Positions 51,049 through 63,340 of a stretch of 64,000 nucleotides of DNA are shown here, piece by piece. The notes beneath the pieces were generated by a model. The model worked only from the letters and a program-made list of their open reading frames with translations. It was not told the DNA's origin and did no database searches. Where the stretch lies: NCBI GenBank assembly GCA_963735595.1, contig CAVTLK010000005.1, positions 96,001 through 160,000 of the forward strand, written 5' to 3'. Made by a program: the position numbers and the translations under genes. Each line of letters opens with the position of its first letter. The first letter of the stretch is position 1. This DNA comes from an uncultured delta proteobacterium. Its GTDB lineage: Bacteria; Desulfobacterota; Zymogenia; Zymogenales; Zymogenaceae.

Positions 51049-51951
51049 TCAAAACGTCACGAACTCCCCGATTCGTTCAGCCTTCTTCTTTCCTATTCCC
51101 TTGACCTGTTCCAAGTCGGCGACAGTCTTGAACGGCCCTCTTTTTGTGCGGGTGTCAATGATGCGGCCTGCCGTCACCTCCCCCACGCCGGGTATCCGCA
51201 TGAGGTCGAAGGCCGCCGCCCGGTTGATGTCAACCGGCGGGTCGTCCTTCGTCAGCTTATCGGAGGGGTGGGAAGGTTCCTCCTCGTCGGCCCGTTCCAC
51301 GGTTCCCAGGCTCCCCCCAAGCTTCGGGCCGAAGGAGACGTAGCGGGCGATCGTTTTGGCCTTGTCTTTGCCCAGCCCCGGCACCTCATAGAGGTCGGTC
51401 TCGGCCAGAAAATCCCCGTGGGCCTTCCGGTAGGCGACGATCCGCGCGGCCGAGGCCTCCCCGATGCCGGGGATGAGCGTGATATCGGGTGCGGACGCCC
51501 TGTTGATGTCAAAGTCGAGGCCCAGGGCGTAGCGTTCCGTGGGCGGCAGCTCCTCGATGATCACGCGGCGGCCGTGGCGGGTTTCAATGACGTTGATCCG
51601 GCTGCCGTCGGGCACCTTGCGCTTGAGGGTCTTGTTGTCTATGCCGGCCTTTCCGACCTCCCAGCGATCAAGCGCGGACCCGACGGCCGTGCCCTTCGGA
51701 AGGATTTCGATGGCGCCGCCGGGCGCGCGGCAGACGACCCGCGATTGGACCGGATCGGGAAAGAAGCGACCATCGACCCAGCGAACGATATATGAGGCCG
51801 TGCAGACAAGGAGGATGACGGCGGCGAGAAACACGATCCCCGGACGGTAGCGCCGGATATCGGGGAGAGGGGGTGGAATTTCGACGGAGCGGTTGTCAGA
51901 AACCGTATCCGAACAGGAGGTTGTCTTATCGGGGCGAGCTATCTCTTCCAC
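51049..51951 (-). CDS. comEA: ComEA-family DNA-binding protein with two HhH modules
   Basis: TM helix; DINRA..IPGIGEASAARIV..VPGLG and DINRA..IPGVGEVTAGRII..VKGIG. Confidence 0.82.
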   Translation of the reverse strand: MEEIARPDKTTSCSDTVSDNRSVEIPPPLPDIRRYRPGIVFLAAVILLVCTASYIVRWVDGRFFPDPVQSRVVCRAPGGAIEILPKGTAVGSALDRWEVGKAGIDNKTLKRKVPDGSRINVIETRHGRRVIIEELPPTERYALGLDFDINRASAPDITLIPGIGEASAARIVAYRKAHGDFLAETDLYEVPGLGKDKAKTIARYVSFGPKLGGSLGTVERADEEEPSHPSDKLTKDDPPVDINRAAAFDLMRIPGVGEVTAGRIIDTRTKRGPFKTVADLEQVKGIGKKKAERIGEFVTF

Positions 51952-51993
51952 AGATCGACCGATAATGATGATTCAATGGTAACGAAATATTAT

Positions 51994-52141
51994 GTCATTG
52001 CGAGGAAGCGAAGCAGCTTGCTTCGCTTTGCTCGCAACAGGCTCCGCAATACCCTGATTCGCGCGAGGTAATTATCTTCTGTCCCGGGTTCCTCGATGTA
52101 GTCAGGGGATTGCCGCGCACCCTTCGGGTGCTCGCAATGAC
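51994..52141. repeat. 148-bp palindromic (REP/RPE/MITE-like) element
   Basis: Terminal inverted repeat GTCATTGCGAG/CTCGCAATGAC; internal hairpins AAGCGAAGCA/TGCTTCGCTT and GCACCC/GGGTGC. Confidence 0.75.
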
Positions 52142-52169
52142 GGTTTAAGACGACGGCGATAGAGTATTC

Positions 52170-53762
52170 TTAGCTCCCTTCCCTGGCCCGGCGCTTCTTC
52201 TCGTCCTTCAGGAGTTTATACTCGATGCTGTCCACCAGCGCGTTCCAGCTGGCCTGGATGATGTTGGGGTGCACGCCGACGGTTTCCCACGTGTCTTCCT
52301 TGTCTCCCGATTCAATGAGGACGCGGACGGTTGCCGCGGTGCCGTCCTCGGTGGTGATCACGCGCACCTTGTAGTCCAGGAGACGCATGTCGGCAAGCTC
52401 CGGGTAGAACTTTTCCAGCGCCTTGCGTATGGCGTTGTCCAGCGCGTTGACCGGCCCGTTGCCGGTGGCGGCGGTGTGCTCGACGCGGCCGTCCACGTCG
52501 ATCATGACGGTGGCCTCGGACAGCGGCTCCTTGTCACCCGTGCGCCGTTCCACGATGATCCGAAAACCCCGCAGACGGAACGAAGGCTTGTAGCGGCCAA
52601 GGCCGCGGTTGACCAGGAGCTCGAACGAGGCGTCGGCCCCCTCGAACTGGTAGCCCCTGCTTTCCATTTCCTTGATGCTCTTGACCAGCAGCTTGGTCTT
52701 CTCGTCCTCTGTCGAAAGGTTGATGCCCAGCTGCTTTGCCTTGAACCGGATGCTGGAGTGCCCCGACTGGTCGGAGATGAGGATCCGCTGTTCGTTTCCG
52801 ACCAGCGCCGGGTCGATGTGTTCGTAGGTGAGGGGGTTCTTGGTGACGGCGCTGGCGTGGATGCCCCCCTTATGAGCAAACGCGCTCTCCCCGACGTACG
52901 GCCCGTGTTTATCCGGTACCCGGTTTGCCATATCGTCCACGAACCGGGAGACCTCCTTGAGCCGGGCCAGCTGCTTGTCGGAGATGCACTCGATGTCCAT
53001 CTTTATCTTCAGGTTAGGGATAATCGTGCAGAGGTTGGCGTTGCCGCACCGCTCCCCGTAGCCGTTGAGCGTTCCCTGGACCTGATCGATCCCCATCTCA
53101 ACCGCGAAGAGGGAATTTGCCACGGCAAGGCCGTTGTCGTTGTGGCAGTGGATGCCCAGCGGCAGGCTGACCGTTTCCCTGACGCGGCCGATGATCTCCC
53201 TGATCTGCCAGGGCATCATCCCGCCGTTCGTATCGCACAGCACGATGCAGTCGGCGCCCGCGACCGCTGCCGCCGAAAGCGTCGCCAGGGCGTAGTCGGT
53301 ATCGGCGACGAAGCCGTCAAAGAAGTGCTCGGCGTCGTAGAAGAGCTCGCGCGTCCTGGGCCTCAGATAACGCAGCGTATCGGCGATCATGCCCAGGTTC
53401 TCCTCGGGGGAGCACCCAAGCGCCTCCCGCACGTGGATATCCCACGATTTCCCGAAGATGGTGATCACCTCGGTCTCGACGGCCGCCAGCGTCTTGAGAA
53501 GCTCGTCGTTTTCGGCGGCGATTCCCTTTTTCCGGGTGCTGCCGAACGCGGCAACCTTGGCGATGGAAAAGCGCATCGTCTTTACCGCCTTGAAAAACGC
53601 GTCGTCCTTGGGATTGGTGCCCGGCCATCCGCCCTCGATGTAGTGAACGCCCAGGTCGTCCAGTCGCTTGGCGATCCTGAGCTTATCGTCGAGGATAAAC
53701 GAGATATCCTCGGCCTGGGCCCCGTCTCTCAAGGTAGTGTCATAGATCTTGACAAACCGCAT
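52170..53762 (-). CDS. cimA: Citramalate synthase
   Basis: YDTTLRDGAQ, EGGWPG, DAEHFFDG, HCHND, AHKGGIH, GYQFEGADASFEL, C-terminal regulatory domain. Confidence 0.92.
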   Translation of the reverse strand: MRFVKIYDTTLRDGAQAEDISFILDDKLRIAKRLDDLGVHYIEGGWPGTNPKDDAFFKAVKTMRFSIAKVAAFGSTRKKGIAAENDELLKTLAAVETEVITIFGKSWDIHVREALGCSPEENLGMIADTLRYLRPRTRELFYDAEHFFDGFVADTDYALATLSAAAVAGADCIVLCDTNGGMMPWQIREIIGRVRETVSLPLGIHCHNDNGLAVANSLFAVEMGIDQVQGTLNGYGERCGNANLCTIIPNLKIKMDIECISDKQLARLKEVSRFVDDMANRVPDKHGPYVGESAFAHKGGIHASAVTKNPLTYEHIDPALVGNEQRILISDQSGHSSIRFKAKQLGINLSTEDEKTKLLVKSIKEMESRGYQFEGADASFELLVNRGLGRYKPSFRLRGFRIIVERRTGDKEPLSEATVMIDVDGRVEHTAATGNGPVNALDNAIRKALEKFYPELADMRLLDYKVRVITTEDGTAATVRVLIESGDKEDTWETVGVHPNIIQASWNALVDSIEYKLLKDEKKRRAREGS

Positions 53763-53771
53763 CGGCTCTCC

Positions 53772-55016
53772 TTATAGCTCCTCCTGGGTAACCGGGGGAG
53801 AATCGCCGCCGAGGTCAAACTCCTCGTGCAGCACCCGGACGGCCAGCTCCGTGTATTTACGCTCGATCGCGCAGGAGACCTTGATCTCCGACGTGCTGAT
53901 CATCAGTATGTTGATCCCTTCCTTGGCAAGCGCCTGGAACATCTTCGAGGCAACTCCGGCGTGGCTGCGCATGCCGACCCCGACGATGGAGACCTTGGCG
54001 ATGTTCTCGTCGGCGATGACCTCTGCGGCCGCAAGCTCTCCCCTGAGCCCTTCGAGGATCTGGGTGGCCTTCTTGAGATCGGTCCGGGGAACGGTAAAGG
54101 TGATGTCGGCGCTGTTATCGGCCCCGACGTTCTGGATGATCATATCCACGATGATGCCCGCGCCCGCGATCGTCCCGAAGATCCGGGAGGCGATCCCCGG
54201 TTTGTCGGGTACCCCGCGTATAGTTACCTTTGCCTCGTTGACGTTATAGGCGATTCCCGATACCACAACCTGTTCCATATCCTTATCCTCTCCGGTTACG
54301 ATCGTCCCGGACCCGTCGGTGAAGCTCGACTTCACCACGAGGGGGACGTTGTATTTCTTTGCGAATTCCACCGAGCGCGTATGGAGAACCTTTGCCCCGA
54401 GGCTTGCCATTTCCAGCATTTCGTCGTACGAGATCTTTTCGAGCTTCCTCGCGTTTGGGCAGATGTTGGGATCGGTGGTATAGACCCCGTCGACATCCGT
54501 ATATATCTCACAGAGGTCGGCCGAAAGGGCCGCGGCAAGCGCCACCGCCGTCGTGTCCGATCCGCCGCGCCCCAGCGTGGTGATGTTTCCCTCACCGTCC
54601 ACACCCTGGAAACCAGCCACCACTACGATCGTTCCCCGGTCGAGCTCGTCTTTGATCTGCTGTTTTTCGATTTCGGTGATCCGGGCCCTGGTAAAAGCGC
54701 TGTCGGTAATGATCTTTACCTGATAGCCGAGAAACGACCGGGCGGGGACCGACAGGTGGTTGAGCATCATCGCCAGGAGCGCAACCGTCACCTGCTCGCC
54801 GGTGGATACCAGTACGTCCATTTCCCGCTCGTGGGGGGCCGGGTTGATCTTTTTTGCCAGCTCGATGAGCCGGTCGGTCTCGCCGGACATCGCCGAGAGC
54901 ACGACTACCAGGTCGTTGCCTGCCCGCCGTGAGGCGATAACACGGTTTGCGACGTTGGCGATGCGGTCGATATTGGCCACAGAGGTGCCGCCGTATTTTT
55001 GAACAATCAGTGCCAC
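53772..55016 (-). CDS. lysC: Aspartate kinase
   Basis: [27 protein letters not shown], two ACT domains; GTG start after GGAGG. Confidence 0.96.
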   Translation of the reverse strand: MALIVQKYGGTSVANIDRIANVANRVIASRRAGNDLVVVLSAMSGETDRLIELAKKINPAPHEREMDVLVSTGEQVTVALLAMMLNHLSVPARSFLGYQVKIITDSAFTRARITEIEKQQIKDELDRGTIVVVAGFQGVDGEGNITTLGRGGSDTTAVALAAALSADLCEIYTDVDGVYTTDPNICPNARKLEKISYDEMLEMASLGAKVLHTRSVEFAKKYNVPLVVKSSFTDGSGTIVTGEDKDMEQVVVSGIAYNVNEAKVTIRGVPDKPGIASRIFGTIAGAGIIVDMIIQNVGADNSADITFTVPRTDLKKATQILEGLRGELAAAEVIADENIAKVSIVGVGMRSHAGVASKMFQALAKEGINILMISTSEIKVSCAIERKYTELAVRVLHEEFDLGGDSPPVTQEEL

Positions 55017-55272
55017 AGGATTCTTATAACCTCCCTGATCGGCGTCTTGCGGTGTTACCGTGAGAGACGCCGCGTGATACCCGGACAATAGAGAGCCGAT
55101 TGCCGGAAGTGTCGTATACATACATCGATACGGGGAAAACCGCCGGGACCCGGCGCGAGGGGCCGAGCCGGGCGGGGCCCTGCCCCGTGATCCGCCGGTT
55201 GCTTTCTCCCGTCCGTTAGGGAGGCTTATCGACGCCGCATTTTGTTTCAGAGTCCATTGTCTCTCGTCCGTC

Positions 55273-55821
55273 CTACCGCCCGCGCGCCCGAGAAGTCAGC
55301 GCCTCGTACACCACCGGGTAATCGCCGAAAACGGTGACATCGAATCTCCGTTTATCGGCGCCCGTGATTGTAATGTAGATTTCGATCCTTTCATCGGGAA
55401 GCCAACGGTCCGCCCGCTCGGCCCACTCGATTACCACGATGCCGTCGGTCTCGAGGTATTCCTCCCACCCGAGGTCGGAAAGCTCATCAACCGATGAGAT
55501 GCGGTAGAGGTCGATGTGGTAGAGAGGAAGCCTTCCCGGGTACTCATTGACGTAGGTGAAGGTGGGGCTCGTCACTACGTAAGTATCGGGCACCGAAAGC
55601 CCCGCCGCGATTCCCTGGGTCAGCTTCGTCTTGCCCGAGCCAAGGTCTCCGAAAAGGCAGACGACGATTCCCGGAGGCGCCGCCTTCCCGACAGCCTTCC
55701 CGACGGCGAAGGTCTCCTCTGGAGACCGGGTAACCAGCGAGCACCCGGTCCTCCTGCCGCCGTCCCCCTGCTGATCGCTGTGACCCTGTCCGACCGACGT
55801 CGACAACGGAAATCCCCCCAA
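55273..55821 (-). CDS. tsaE: tRNA threonylcarbamoyladenosine biosynthesis ATPase
   Basis: [25 protein letters not shown]; start uncertain. Confidence 0.92.
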   Translation of the reverse strand: MGGFPLSTSVGQGHSDQQGDGGRRTGCSLVTRSPEETFAVGKAVGKAAPPGIVVCLFGDLGSGKTKLTQGIAAGLSVPDTYVVTSPTFTYVNEYPGRLPLYHIDLYRISSVDELSDLGWEEYLETDGIVVIEWAERADRWLPDERIEIYITITGADKRRFDVTVFGDYPVVYEALTSRARGR

Positions 55822-55866
55822 AAGTTTATCGCCGCTTCTCCCCGGGGACCTTCCGGGGATCTCCGA

Positions 55867-57453
55867 CTAAAAGTAATAGGGCAGCGCGCCCGCGAACTCC
55901 CGGCCGCCGCAACAAAGATCGGTAATCACCCCCGGTATTTCGGAGAGCACGTCCCCGGCGATCAGGGATATTTCGCCGACCCGCTCGATTGCGCGGTCCG
56001 CCGCGGCCGCGTGGATGAAGACGGCGGCGGCCGTCGATTGAGCCGGGTCCCCGGATGCGGCCAGGAACCCGCCGATGAGCCCCGTGAGGACGTCTCCCAT
56101 GCCGCCGGAGGCCATGCCGGGGTTTCCGCCCGTGGCGATGAAGATATCGCCCGAGGGGGAGGCGACGATCGTCCGCGCGCCCTTGAGCACGAGCCACACC
56201 CCGAACTTTTCGGCAAAGGCGCGCGAGACGCCGATCCGGTCCTCTTCCACGTCGGCGGCCGCTTTGCCGATAAGGCGGCCCATCTCACCCGGGTGGGGCG
56301 TCAGGATGATGTCGCCCTTTTTTTTCTTGAGGATATCGGGCTCAAGCGAGATGACGTTGATCCCGTCGGCGTCGATCACTTTGGGGAGATCGACCTCGGT
56401 TATCAGGCGCCTGGTCACTTCCCATGCCCCCGCGCCCGTCCCGAGGCCGGGCCCCAGCGCCACGGCGGTCTTGCCCTCGAGAATCTTGATAACCCGCCCG
56501 AAGGCGGTCTGGTCCAGCGCCCCGCCCGTGTCCGGCAGCGGCTCGGTCATCGCCTCGGTCAGCTTTGCGGCCAGCACCCCAACCTGCGATTCCGGGGTGC
56601 CCACCGTCACGAGGCCGGCCCCCGCGACCAGCGCGCCCATCCCGCAGAGGGCCGCGGCACCGGCCTTTCCCATCGAGCCGGCCAGTATCAGGACATGCCC
56701 GAAGTCCCCCTTATGGGCGGTCGGCCGGCGCCTCGTCATCAGCGGATCGAACAGCTCCGGCGTCAGCACGTGATCGCGGATCGCCATTCGTCCGGCGAGC
56801 TTATCGGGGACGCCGATGTCAAGGAGGATGAGCCGTCCGCAGTGCTCTGCGCCCGGATGGATGAGGTTTCCCCGCTTCGGGAGGGCAAACGTGACCGTCA
56901 CGTCGGCCATCACGGCCGAGCCCATCACCTTTCCGGTGTCAGACGAGATGCCGGAGGGGATATCGATCGAGAGAATCGCGTACCCGTCGTTTATCAGTGT
57001 GATGATGCGGGAAAATATCCCGGAGACCTCCCGTTCGAGCCCGGTGCCCAGCAGGGCGTCGACCACGATCCCCCTGGCCGAGATCGAATCGGCCAGCGCC
57101 GCGATGTCCTCGTCTCCGGCAATCGGCACGACCGGAATCCCCATCTTTTTAATGGTCGAGAGGTTGCCGGCGGATTCTCCCTCGCGTACCGATTCGATGG
57201 TCCCGGCGATAAAGACGTCGACTTCAATGCCCTGGTTGGCGAGGTGACGGGCGATAACGAAACCGTCGCCGCCGTTGTTGCCGGTACCGGCCACGATCGT
57301 TACGCCGGTTTGTTGCGCCTCCGGGAAGTGCTCCAGGAGGATCTTTGCCGATCCCCTGCCGGCGTTTTCCATCAACACCGCGCCCGGTATCCCGTATTCC
57401 TCGATCGCCAGCCGGTCAAGCTCCCGGATGATGGGTGTGGTCGCCGCTTTCAT
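55867..57453 (-). CDS. nnr: Bifunctional NAD(P)H-hydrate epimerase/dehydratase
   Basis: LMENAG, GNNGGDG, DALLGTG, HKGDFG, DADG, TPHPGE, GGMGDVLTG. Confidence 0.94.
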   Translation of the reverse strand: MKAATTPIIRELDRLAIEEYGIPGAVLMENAGRGSAKILLEHFPEAQQTGVTIVAGTGNNGGDGFVIARHLANQGIEVDVFIAGTIESVREGESAGNLSTIKKMGIPVVPIAGDEDIAALADSISARGIVVDALLGTGLEREVSGIFSRIITLINDGYAILSIDIPSGISSDTGKVMGSAVMADVTVTFALPKRGNLIHPGAEHCGRLILLDIGVPDKLAGRMAIRDHVLTPELFDPLMTRRRPTAHKGDFGHVLILAGSMGKAGAAALCGMGALVAGAGLVTVGTPESQVGVLAAKLTEAMTEPLPDTGGALDQTAFGRVIKILEGKTAVALGPGLGTGAGAWEVTRRLITEVDLPKVIDADGINVISLEPDILKKKKGDIILTPHPGEMGRLIGKAAADVEEDRIGVSRAFAEKFGVWLVLKGARTIVASPSGDIFIATGGNPGMASGGMGDVLTGLIGGFLAASGDPAQSTAAAVFIHAAAADRAIERVGEISLIAGDVLSEIPGVITDLCCGGREFAGALPYYF

Positions 57454-57532
57454 ACTACTATCCAATAAGGGCGCTATGGAGTAGCGTCCGTTATAGTCAA
57501 ATCCACCGCCGCGTCCGGTTTTCCCCGGGCGC

Positions 57533-57910
57533 CTATCCCTCGAAGATCACCACGGCAAAGGCAATGTCCCTCGAATGGGTCAGGGAGAGGTGAATCGTCC
57601 GTGCCCCCAGTTCCTCAAATAACCTGAGCGCCCCCCCGTGGAGCTTGATCGAGGGCTTCCCCCGGGCGCCCTTGACCACTTCGATCTCGTTCATCGCCGC
57701 CCCCTGGAATAGCCCCCGGCCGAGCGCCTTGAGGGTAGCCTCCTTGGCGGCGAACCGGGCCGCATACGAGGAGGCCGCGTTCTTCTTCCTTTTGCAGTAG
57801 GCGTTTTCCCACTCGGTGAAGATACGCCGCTCGAAACCGTGACCCTGACGCTTGAGCGCCAACGCCATCCGGTCGATCTCGAGGGCGTCGGTGCCGACTG
57901 AAAGGATCAT
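57533..57910 (-). CDS. acpS: Holo-[acyl-carrier-protein] synthase
   Basis: [23 protein letters not shown]. Confidence 0.93.
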   Translation of the reverse strand: MILSVGTDALEIDRMALALKRQGHGFERRIFTEWENAYCKRKKNAASSYAARFAAKEATLKALGRGLFQGAAMNEIEVVKGARGKPSIKLHGGALRLFEELGARTIHLSLTHSRDIAFAVVIFEG

Positions 57911-59256
57911 ACGAGCTCCTTTTCGATCGTCTCGGCGATCCCGGCCGCAAGGCCGGTAATCAGCGCCTGGTCCTCACCCTCGATCATCACCCTGACCTTG
58001 TTTTCCGTGCCGGAATAGCGTACGAGGACGCGACCCTTGTCGCCGAGGCGCCGCTCGGCGTCGCCTATCGCCGAGGCGATCTTCGGTATTTCCGAGAGGA
58101 CGACACGGCGGCCGACCCGGACGTTCTTGAGCACCTGGGGGAAATCGGTGACGATGCCGGCAAGGTCCGACAGCCTCCTGCCTTTGCGCGCCATCGCCGC
58201 AAGGAGCATGAGGGCCGAGAGGATTCCGTCGCCGGTGGTGTTGTAGTCCAGGAAGATGATGTGGCCCGATTGCTCCCCGCCAAGGTTGTAACCGCCCTTA
58301 ACCATCTTCTCCACGACGTAGCGGTCGCCCACCTGCGTGCGGATGAGCCGCCCGCCCATTTGCTTCATGAACAACTCGAGCCCCATGTTGCTCATGACCG
58401 TAGCGACGAGCACGCCGTCTTTGAGCTCACGGTTTTCCATCATCTGGGCTGCGCACACCGCCATGATCTTGTCCCCGTTGAACTCGGTCCCGTTTTCATC
58501 GACCACGATGATACGGTCAGCGTCCCCGTCCAGCGCGATCCCGATATCGGCCTTTGCCTCCTTGACGAGCGTGCTGACGACCTGGGGGTAGAGCGAGCCG
58601 CAGCCGGCGTTGATATTCTCCCCGTTGGGCTCGTGCCCGCAGGTGACTACCTCGGCGCCGAGCTCCTCGAAGACCGCGGGCGCCACCCGGTAGGCCGCGC
58701 CGTGGGCGCAGTCCACCGCTATCTTCATTCCCGAGAGGTCGAGGTCCTTCGGAAAGGCGCTCTTGAGAAATACGATATAACGCCCGACGGCATCTTCGAC
58801 CCTGAATGCCTTGCCGACCTCGGAGGCAATGGGACGCAGCCGGGCCAGCTCGTCGGACGAGATGAGCTTTTCGATCTCGAGCTCTTTCTCGTCCGGGAGT
58901 TTGAAGCCGTCGCCGGAGAATATCTTGATCCCGTTGTCCTGAAAGGGATTGTGGGATGCGGAGATCACGACGCCGGCGTCGGCCCTCATACTTGCCGTGA
59001 TAAACGCGATGCCCGGTGTCGGCAGCGGGCCGACGAGAAGCACGTCGACGCCCATCGAGCAGATCCCGGATGCCAGCGCCGTTTCGAGCATATAACCGGA
59101 AAGCCGCGTATCCTTACCGATGACGATCCGGTGGCGCTTGGCGCCCCCCTTGAAGATGTAGGCGGTGGCCCTGCCAACCTTCATGGCGGTCTCGGTGGTC
59201 ATCGGCTCCTCGTTGGCCACGCCGCGGATTCCATCGGTTCCGAAGAGTTTCTTCAT
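57907..59256 (-). CDS. glmM: Phosphoglucosamine mutase
   Basis: [37 protein letters not shown]. Confidence 0.97.
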   Translation of the reverse strand: MKKLFGTDGIRGVANEEPMTTETAMKVGRATAYIFKGGAKRHRIVIGKDTRLSGYMLETALASGICSMGVDVLLVGPLPTPGIAFITASMRADAGVVISASHNPFQDNGIKIFSGDGFKLPDEKELEIEKLISSDELARLRPIASEVGKAFRVEDAVGRYIVFLKSAFPKDLDLSGMKIAVDCAHGAAYRVAPAVFEELGAEVVTCGHEPNGENINAGCGSLYPQVVSTLVKEAKADIGIALDGDADRIIVVDENGTEFNGDKIMAVCAAQMMENRELKDGVLVATVMSNMGLELFMKQMGGRLIRTQVGDRYVVEKMVKGGYNLGGEQSGHIIFLDYNTTGDGILSALMLLAAMARKGRRLSDLAGIVTDFPQVLKNVRVGRRVVLSEIPKIASAIGDAERRLGDKGRVLVRYSGTENKVRVMIEGEDQALITGLAAGIAETIEKELV

Positions 59257-59337
59257 GATCCTTGTGTCCTTTCGAGCAGAGCCCGGTACGACGATCGCCC
59301 GTACCCCTCCCGATCGCGGGTTATCGCCGGGGAGGCG

Positions 59338-60261
59338 CTACGTCCTTGCCCGCTTGATCGCGTCCACAACGGCAAGCGCGTCCCTGGTCTCGGCGACATC
59401 ATGGACGCGGACGATGTGGGCGCCCTGGAGGACCGCGGCCGACGCGGCCCCGACGCTCGCCCAGAGGCGGTCGTTAACGGGTTTGCCGGTGAGCGAACCG
59501 ATGAACGACTTCCGAGACGCGCCGACCAGCACCGGACGCCCGAGTTCGAAGAAATCCCGGATATGCCCGATGAGCGTGAGGTTATCCTCGGCGGTCTTGC
59601 CGAAACCAATGCCGGGGTCTATGATGATCCGCTCGGGGTCAATCCCCGCGGCCACCGCGCGCTCGATCGTCCGCCCGAGGGCGCCCCGGACCTCACCTAT
59701 CAGGTCCGTGTAGTGCGGATCTTTCTGCATGTCCCGCGGCGTCCCCTTGATATGCATGAGGATGACCGGCACCGAAAGGGCCGCGGCCAGCGGCGCCATG
59801 TCGGGGTCAAAGGCGAGCGCGCTGATGTCGTTAATCATCGCGGCGCCGGCCTCGACCGCCCGCCGCGCCACCCCGGCCTTGTAGGTATCGATGCTCAGGG
59901 GCGTGTCGATCCGCCTATGAATCTCTTCGATAACGCCGACGACCCGGCGCGTCTCCTCCTGTTCCGAGACGGGATCCGCTCCCGGGCGCGACGATTCCCC
60001 GCCGATATCGATGATATCGGCGCCGTCCCCGGCCATCGCCAGCGCCCGGGCGACTGCCTGATCCGTCGTGCAATACCTTCCGCCGTCGGAAAAGGAGTCC
60101 GGCGTGACGTTGAGTATCCCCATGATGAGGGTCCGCCGGGAAAGATCGAAAGACCCGCCGCCCATCGTGAGGACGAACCGGCCAGCCTCGCCACGAGCCC
60201 GGTTTTCGTCAAGACGCCGGTCGCTGTCGGGCCGGCTATCGTCGGTGGTGGATCGGGTCAT
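59338..60261 (-). CDS. folP: Dihydropteroate synthase
   Basis: MGILNVTPDSFSDGG, DIGGESSRPG, DPGIGFGK, SRKSF, RVHDV. Confidence 0.96.
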   Translation of the reverse strand: MTRSTTDDSRPDSDRRLDENRARGEAGRFVLTMGGGSFDLSRRTLIMGILNVTPDSFSDGGRYCTTDQAVARALAMAGDGADIIDIGGESSRPGADPVSEQEETRRVVGVIEEIHRRIDTPLSIDTYKAGVARRAVEAGAAMINDISALAFDPDMAPLAAALSVPVILMHIKGTPRDMQKDPHYTDLIGEVRGALGRTIERAVAAGIDPERIIIDPGIGFGKTAEDNLTLIGHIRDFFELGRPVLVGASRKSFIGSLTGKPVNDRLWASVGAASAAVLQGAHIVRVHDVAETRDALAVVDAIKRART

Positions 60262-60337
60262 GTCGCATCACGTCCTGCCGGAAAATTCCCGGGGAAGCCC
60301 GGGAAAGCCCGTTTCTTAAAGATACCATCGGGCCGGG

Positions 60338-62179
<1,842 letters not shown>

Positions 62180-62243
62180 CCCGATCCTTTGTATCGCAAC
62201 AGGCCCTGTAAAAAGGCCCCGATACGGCGCGAATAAAATAATC

Positions 62244-62277
62244 TTGTAATGTTACCATCTTTCATATATATTGTCAA
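62244..62277. promoter_or_regulatory. Overlapping divergent promoters for ftsH and proC
   Basis: Minus TTGACA(62277-62272)-N17-TAACAT with TGn; plus TTGTAA(62244-62249)-N17-TATATT. Confidence 0.6.
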
Positions 62278-62332
62278 TTATCGTTTTGCTCCGGCTGGTC
62301 AGCTTTATTCATAACGCGGGAGGCGATACACT

Positions 62333-63148
62333 ATGTTTTCCGCTCAACGGCTCGGTTTCGTCGGTTCGGGGAATATGGCAGAGGCCCTGATGCGGGGGGT
62401 CGTGGAAAAAGGCCTCTGGCCGAAGGAGCAGGTTATCGCCTCCGACGCCTCTCTCGAGCGGCTTTCGGCAATCGGCCGAAAGCTCGGCATTAAAACGGCC
62501 GCTGATAACCGCGAGGTTGTCACGTCCTCGGACATGGTCATCATCGCGGTCAAACCCGCCCAGGTGCCCGAGGTTCTTTCGGAAGTCGCCGACGTCGTAA
62601 CTGCCGATACGCTCGTCGTCTCGATTGCCGCGGGCGTCACGCTTGCGACGATCCAATCCCGGCTCAAGAAAAACATCCCGGTTATCCGGGTGATGCCCAA
62701 TGCCCCGGCAATGGCGCTTGCCGGTATGTCGTGCCTTTCGGCGGGCAGCAGCGCCGGTCCCGACCACCTCGCCGAGGCGATGAAGCTCTTCTCGGGAGTG
62801 GGCGAGGCGCTGGTCGTCCCCGAGGCGCATCTGGACGCCGTTACGGCGCTCTCGGGCAGCGGCCCGGCCTACGTTTTTCTGGTGATCGAGGCGCTGTCGG
62901 ACGCGGGCGTCCGGGCGGGGCTGCCGCGAAAGACCGCCGAAAAGCTATCCGCCCAGACGGTGCTCGGCGCCGCGAAGATGGTCATCGAGACCGGCAAACA
63001 CCCGGGTGAGCTGAAAGATATGGTGGCCTCTCCCGCGGGAACGACCATCGAGGGGCTGGCCGTGCTGGAGGAAAACGGTGTGCGGGGGGCGTTTATCGAG
63101 GCGGTAGACGCGGCCTACCGGAGGGCCAGGGAGCTGGGAGGGAAATAA
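62333..63148 (+). CDS. proC: Pyrroline-5-carboxylate reductase
   Basis: GSGNMA, AVKP, SIAAG, RVMPN, SGSGPAY, SPAGTT. Confidence 0.96.
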   Translation: MFSAQRLGFVGSGNMAEALMRGVVEKGLWPKEQVIASDASLERLSAIGRKLGIKTAADNREVVTSSDMVIIAVKPAQVPEVLSEVADVVTADTLVVSIAAGVTLATIQSRLKKNIPVIRVMPNAPAMALAGMSCLSAGSSAGPDHLAEAMKLFSGVGEALVVPEAHLDAVTALSGSGPAYVFLVIEALSDAGVRAGLPRKTAEKLSAQTVLGAAKMVIETGKHPGELKDMVASPAGTTIEGLAVLEENGVRGAFIEAVDAAYRRARELGGK

Positions 63149-63340
63149 GTAGGCGATAGGCGTTATCGGACGCTATCGGCATAAGGTAACCGCTTCCGGA
63201 TGCCCGAGTAACGAGACGATACCGTGGGACGACGGGATTAGTGTACACCGCCGAGTCATCCTTTGTTCGGGCGGTTTCTATTACCTCCCGTTTGAATATG
63301 TTCTTATAACCTTTTTCATTCCATTAGTCGGAGCAGTGTC

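Noticed and set aside
55017..55272. Lysine riboswitch upstream of lysC
   Set aside because: Conserved L-box motifs not found; only generic GC-rich hairpins
59253..59609. Separate 118-aa gene between folP and glmM
   Set aside because: Mostly overlaps folP out of frame; at most an indel-displaced folP C-terminal tail
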